A DNA stretch of 63,791 nucleotides, filler included, from Corallochytrium limacisporum Hawaii (taxonomy: Eukaryota > Protista > Pluriformea): NCBI GenBank assembly GCA_002811645.1. It is 4 parts of 4 records of this genome, joined end to end, with 100 filler letters (N's around TTAATTAATTAA, not from the genome) between each part and the next. Parts side by side here need not be neighbours in the genome. Positions count along the whole stretch, not along the records: positions 58,150 to 63,791 come from PDIP01000209.1; 3 more parts are not named here. One strand, written 5' to 3'. The notes beneath the pieces are model-generated. The model saw only the letters and a program-made list of their open reading frames with translations, was not told the origin of the DNA and did not search any database. The stretch's first letter is position 1, and each line of letters begins with the position of its first letter. Position numbers and translations under genes: made by a program. Shown piece by piece: positions 61,101-63,791 of this stretch.

Positions 61101-63756
61101 TTGTGCCCCTGCCACCGCCGCTTGCCTTGGACTCACCGATTGGTTGTGTTTTGGACCAAATTGCTCCAAAGTTGCGGGCCCGTGCTGACCTTGATATCGA
61201 AGGTACCCTTCGTCACCACCACCAGGTTGATAATCTCGGTTTAAGACAGAAGGCATTTAGGAGAAGAATTTTTCGTGTGGTGGCAAACGGCATAGATAGT
61301 TATCCTCACTTTTGGCTTGCGTGGCAGTGCAGTGATGTGGTAGCAAGGTCTACGTGTTGGAATCAAAAACACCACGGGATAAGCTGTCTGCTTGAATTGA
61401 ATGACGGGTCAGACAATGTTGTACAACCTTTTCTTAGTGTTCCCTACCACTCGCCAATCCCTCTACCCGCACTCTCCTTTGCTTGTGTATAACTTGCGCA
61501 ACAAAGTTTTGATCTCTCTGTTTGACGCTCATTCGCTTTGTGAGATCTCTAAGCCCCCCCCCCCACCCTCCCCATTGCTGGGCTTTTAAAACCCCCGAAA
61601 TCTCAGGAAGTCTCTCGATGGCTTGTGGCAATCTTTCATCCTCACATCCTCCTTCCTCCACCCAATCTACCCTGCTTGCTTGCCCGCTCACCACCGCCAG
61701 AAGAAAAAAAAAGAAAGTTCTCAAATGACTCTCCCTCTCCGCAATTTTTCTTTTCCTTTTCTATATTTTCGGGTTCGCTCCGCTTAAAATTCACGGGCTT
61801 CTCCCATTGCCCCAACCCCTTTTCTTGCCTTCTTGCGCGGTCGCTATCTCGTATACCTCCCCGGTCCTTGTGTCACCTGGTCTGACATACAGTATATTTT
61901 ATATGTCAAGATGCAAGTAAAGTCCGCGCTCATGACGTTGAGAGATGTCATTGGCGGTCGTCCACATACAATCGTTACACAACTTCTGGTTTTGTTTGCA
62001 TCTTTTCATTTTCTCGATAAGATTGACCGCGACCCTCGGTTTTGTTGCGTACATTTGCTATCCGTTCGTTAATTGCGGGGGCGGGACAATGATGAATTGA
62101 TAAAGTTGTTGCCGGAAGGAGCAAGAGCTCTGTCTTTCCGGGATATCGGATTCCGTACTGAAGCTACCTATGAAGGTAGAATTCCCGAGCGTAAGTATTG
62201 CCCTTTATCGTCAGGCTCACTATGAAACAGCACTCACTCCAAATACAGTCGGAATGCAAGTGTCTTGCCATCGGGAAACGCTGCCACGAGGAGCATATGC
62301 CACCTGGGAATAAAGTGGAGCAGATGATCAGCCCAATCTACTCTCATCTACATCCCATGCCCAACGTCACTCGCGCCACGGTCAATACGTCCGCTGCACC
62401 GAGTCACCGCCACCGCTAACGACGTTGGATCCCCATCCTGCACCATTTCGGCCCACGGATACCGGCTCTTCCACGGCTGCGTTGCATGTCCATGGATGTC
62501 CAGAATCGTTGGAATTCAGCGCTGCAAGATGGCTGAGAACCAAAAAACCCCCCAAATTCCCCTGCACAGGCCATTCTTCCGGTTCTACGCCCCCGGGGGG
62601 GGGGGACTTTGCGTAGCGAAGACAGAAACACCGGACGGCCTGGTACCCTACCACACAGCTCGTCATCTTCCGTAAATCTTTAGTCGTCCCTTGTCCTAGA
62701 GCGCCTATTGGTGGGTACCCGTGGGGGGGGGGTTTTACCACCACCGATTGCCCGTTAATCGGCTCGCTCCAGTTTGCGCCCGCCCCGCCCCGCTGGTCCA
62801 CGCTTCGGGGGAGGGAGCGGTTGTCTGGCAAGATGAGTAGGTAAGATGGAACACTAAACCCCCCCCCCCCCCTTTACACTCGCGTACCATACTAAAAGGG
62901 GGAGGAAAATAGAGACAAGAAAACGTTATGGTAGTTGTAGGTTGGACAGGTAGGCGATAGATTTCCATCCAAAGATTTGTTCGAAAAAATTAACGTGGTT
63001 GGATGACGATGCAATTTCTTTCCGTCCCGAAACAATTGCCAGAAGCTTTGCTCGTCCTCTGATGTGTTGATTGGAACTGCACCCAAGAGAGAGCGGGTTC
63101 TGTGTATATTATCATATGCGCACAAGGCATGAAACAAAAGTTGGCACCGGTTCGGGCTGGGGCTGGTGCCAGGCACACCAAAACACGACAAGAAAACGAA
63201 CACAACGAAAGAAAGAAAGAAAGAAGGAAGAAGTGTCCCTCCCCTGCCTCACTTCCCCGGGGCTGTTCCTTTCTTCCCCTCTTCCCTTACCGTAAAAAAA
63301 AAATTCGAGACCACTCTCACACACAGTCTCCAACTTTCTTATACATTTTTTTCTTGTTACCCCCCGCCTTCAAAAACGAAACAGAAGAGAAAGGAGAGCG
63401 TATATATACAGCGCACAGCGCACGAGAGCGTGAAAACAGTCTCCTAAACCTACAGAGCCATACCACGACCCGGGTGCAAGCCAACCCAACATTCCCTTAT
63501 AGAGCTTCACGAGTTGATGTTCAAAGCTGATGGCCGACTACACACAACGGTCAAAAGCGCCTCGTGGAGTGTTGTGTTCGTTGTGTGTGTGTGTTATGCG
63601 TGATTTTTTTTTTGTTTTTAAGTTTTGGAACGTGGAGGGGGCGGGCGGGCCTGCGCTCTAATCAGTGGGTATACATAATCACCATTTTGAAACGCTGCTC
63701 ATCTTTTTGTTGTCTAAGTTTTCCTCCGAAAACAAAAAAATGAGGTGCGGTATGGT

Positions 63757-63791
63757 CTCTTTCTCTTTCTCTTTCTCTTTCTCTTTCTCTT
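63757..63791. repeat. (CTCTTT)n microsatellite at the window end
   Basis: Visible hexamer repeat. Confidence 0.85.

Noticed and set aside
58150-63791. ORFs such as 60833..61492 and 59062..59574
   Set aside because: Low-complexity or non-ATG frames with no recognisable domains.
1-63791. tRNA, rRNA, snRNA, CRISPR array or telomeric repeats
   Set aside because: GTTCGA-like hits (e.g. ~44940, ~53396) lack cloverleaf context, and I saw no repeat-spacer array or rRNA/snRNA signature by eye. tRNAscan-SE and Rfam were not run.

Overview
Compact eukaryotic nuclear DNA (about 50% GC in genes) from a gapped scaffold. Every recognisable gene is a single uninterrupted ORF, which points to a strongly intron-depleted microbial eukaryote. 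An opisthokont/holozoan protist such as Corallochytrium is my guess and is not proven. About 24 protein genes lie mostly in tight tail-to-tail pairs, separated by longer low-complexity 5' regions: POP5, DUF2415-type WD40, LIAS, SAPS-like, VPS51, two tandem Baeyer-Villiger monooxygenases, a double-domain glutathionyl-hydroquinone reductase, MUS81, MRPL24, a plant-mitochondrial-type TatB, an SHLD2/RPA-like OB-fold protein, an OAC1-like carrier, PEX39, GTF3C3, SPRTN, a GOST-type 7TM protein, CUL3, NUF2, an ERI-family exonuclease and a membrane-anchored TPP1/sedolisin. The right third is accessory-like. It holds a cysteine-rich secreted gene split by one in-frame TAA, and a complete but decayed Tc1/mariner element (31-bp TIRs, TA target duplication, unusual 44-residue D..D spacing, coiled-coil repeat tail). 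The most notable candidates are the nuclear mtTatB, which implies a mitochondrial Tat pathway and sits only 5 bp upstream of the OB-fold gene, and the BVMO-BVMO-(inactive+active GHR fusion) cluster. Assembly artefacts are present: three 100-bp TTAATTAATTAA linkers and an Illumina adapter remnant. All family calls are from motif recognition by eye; no searches were run.
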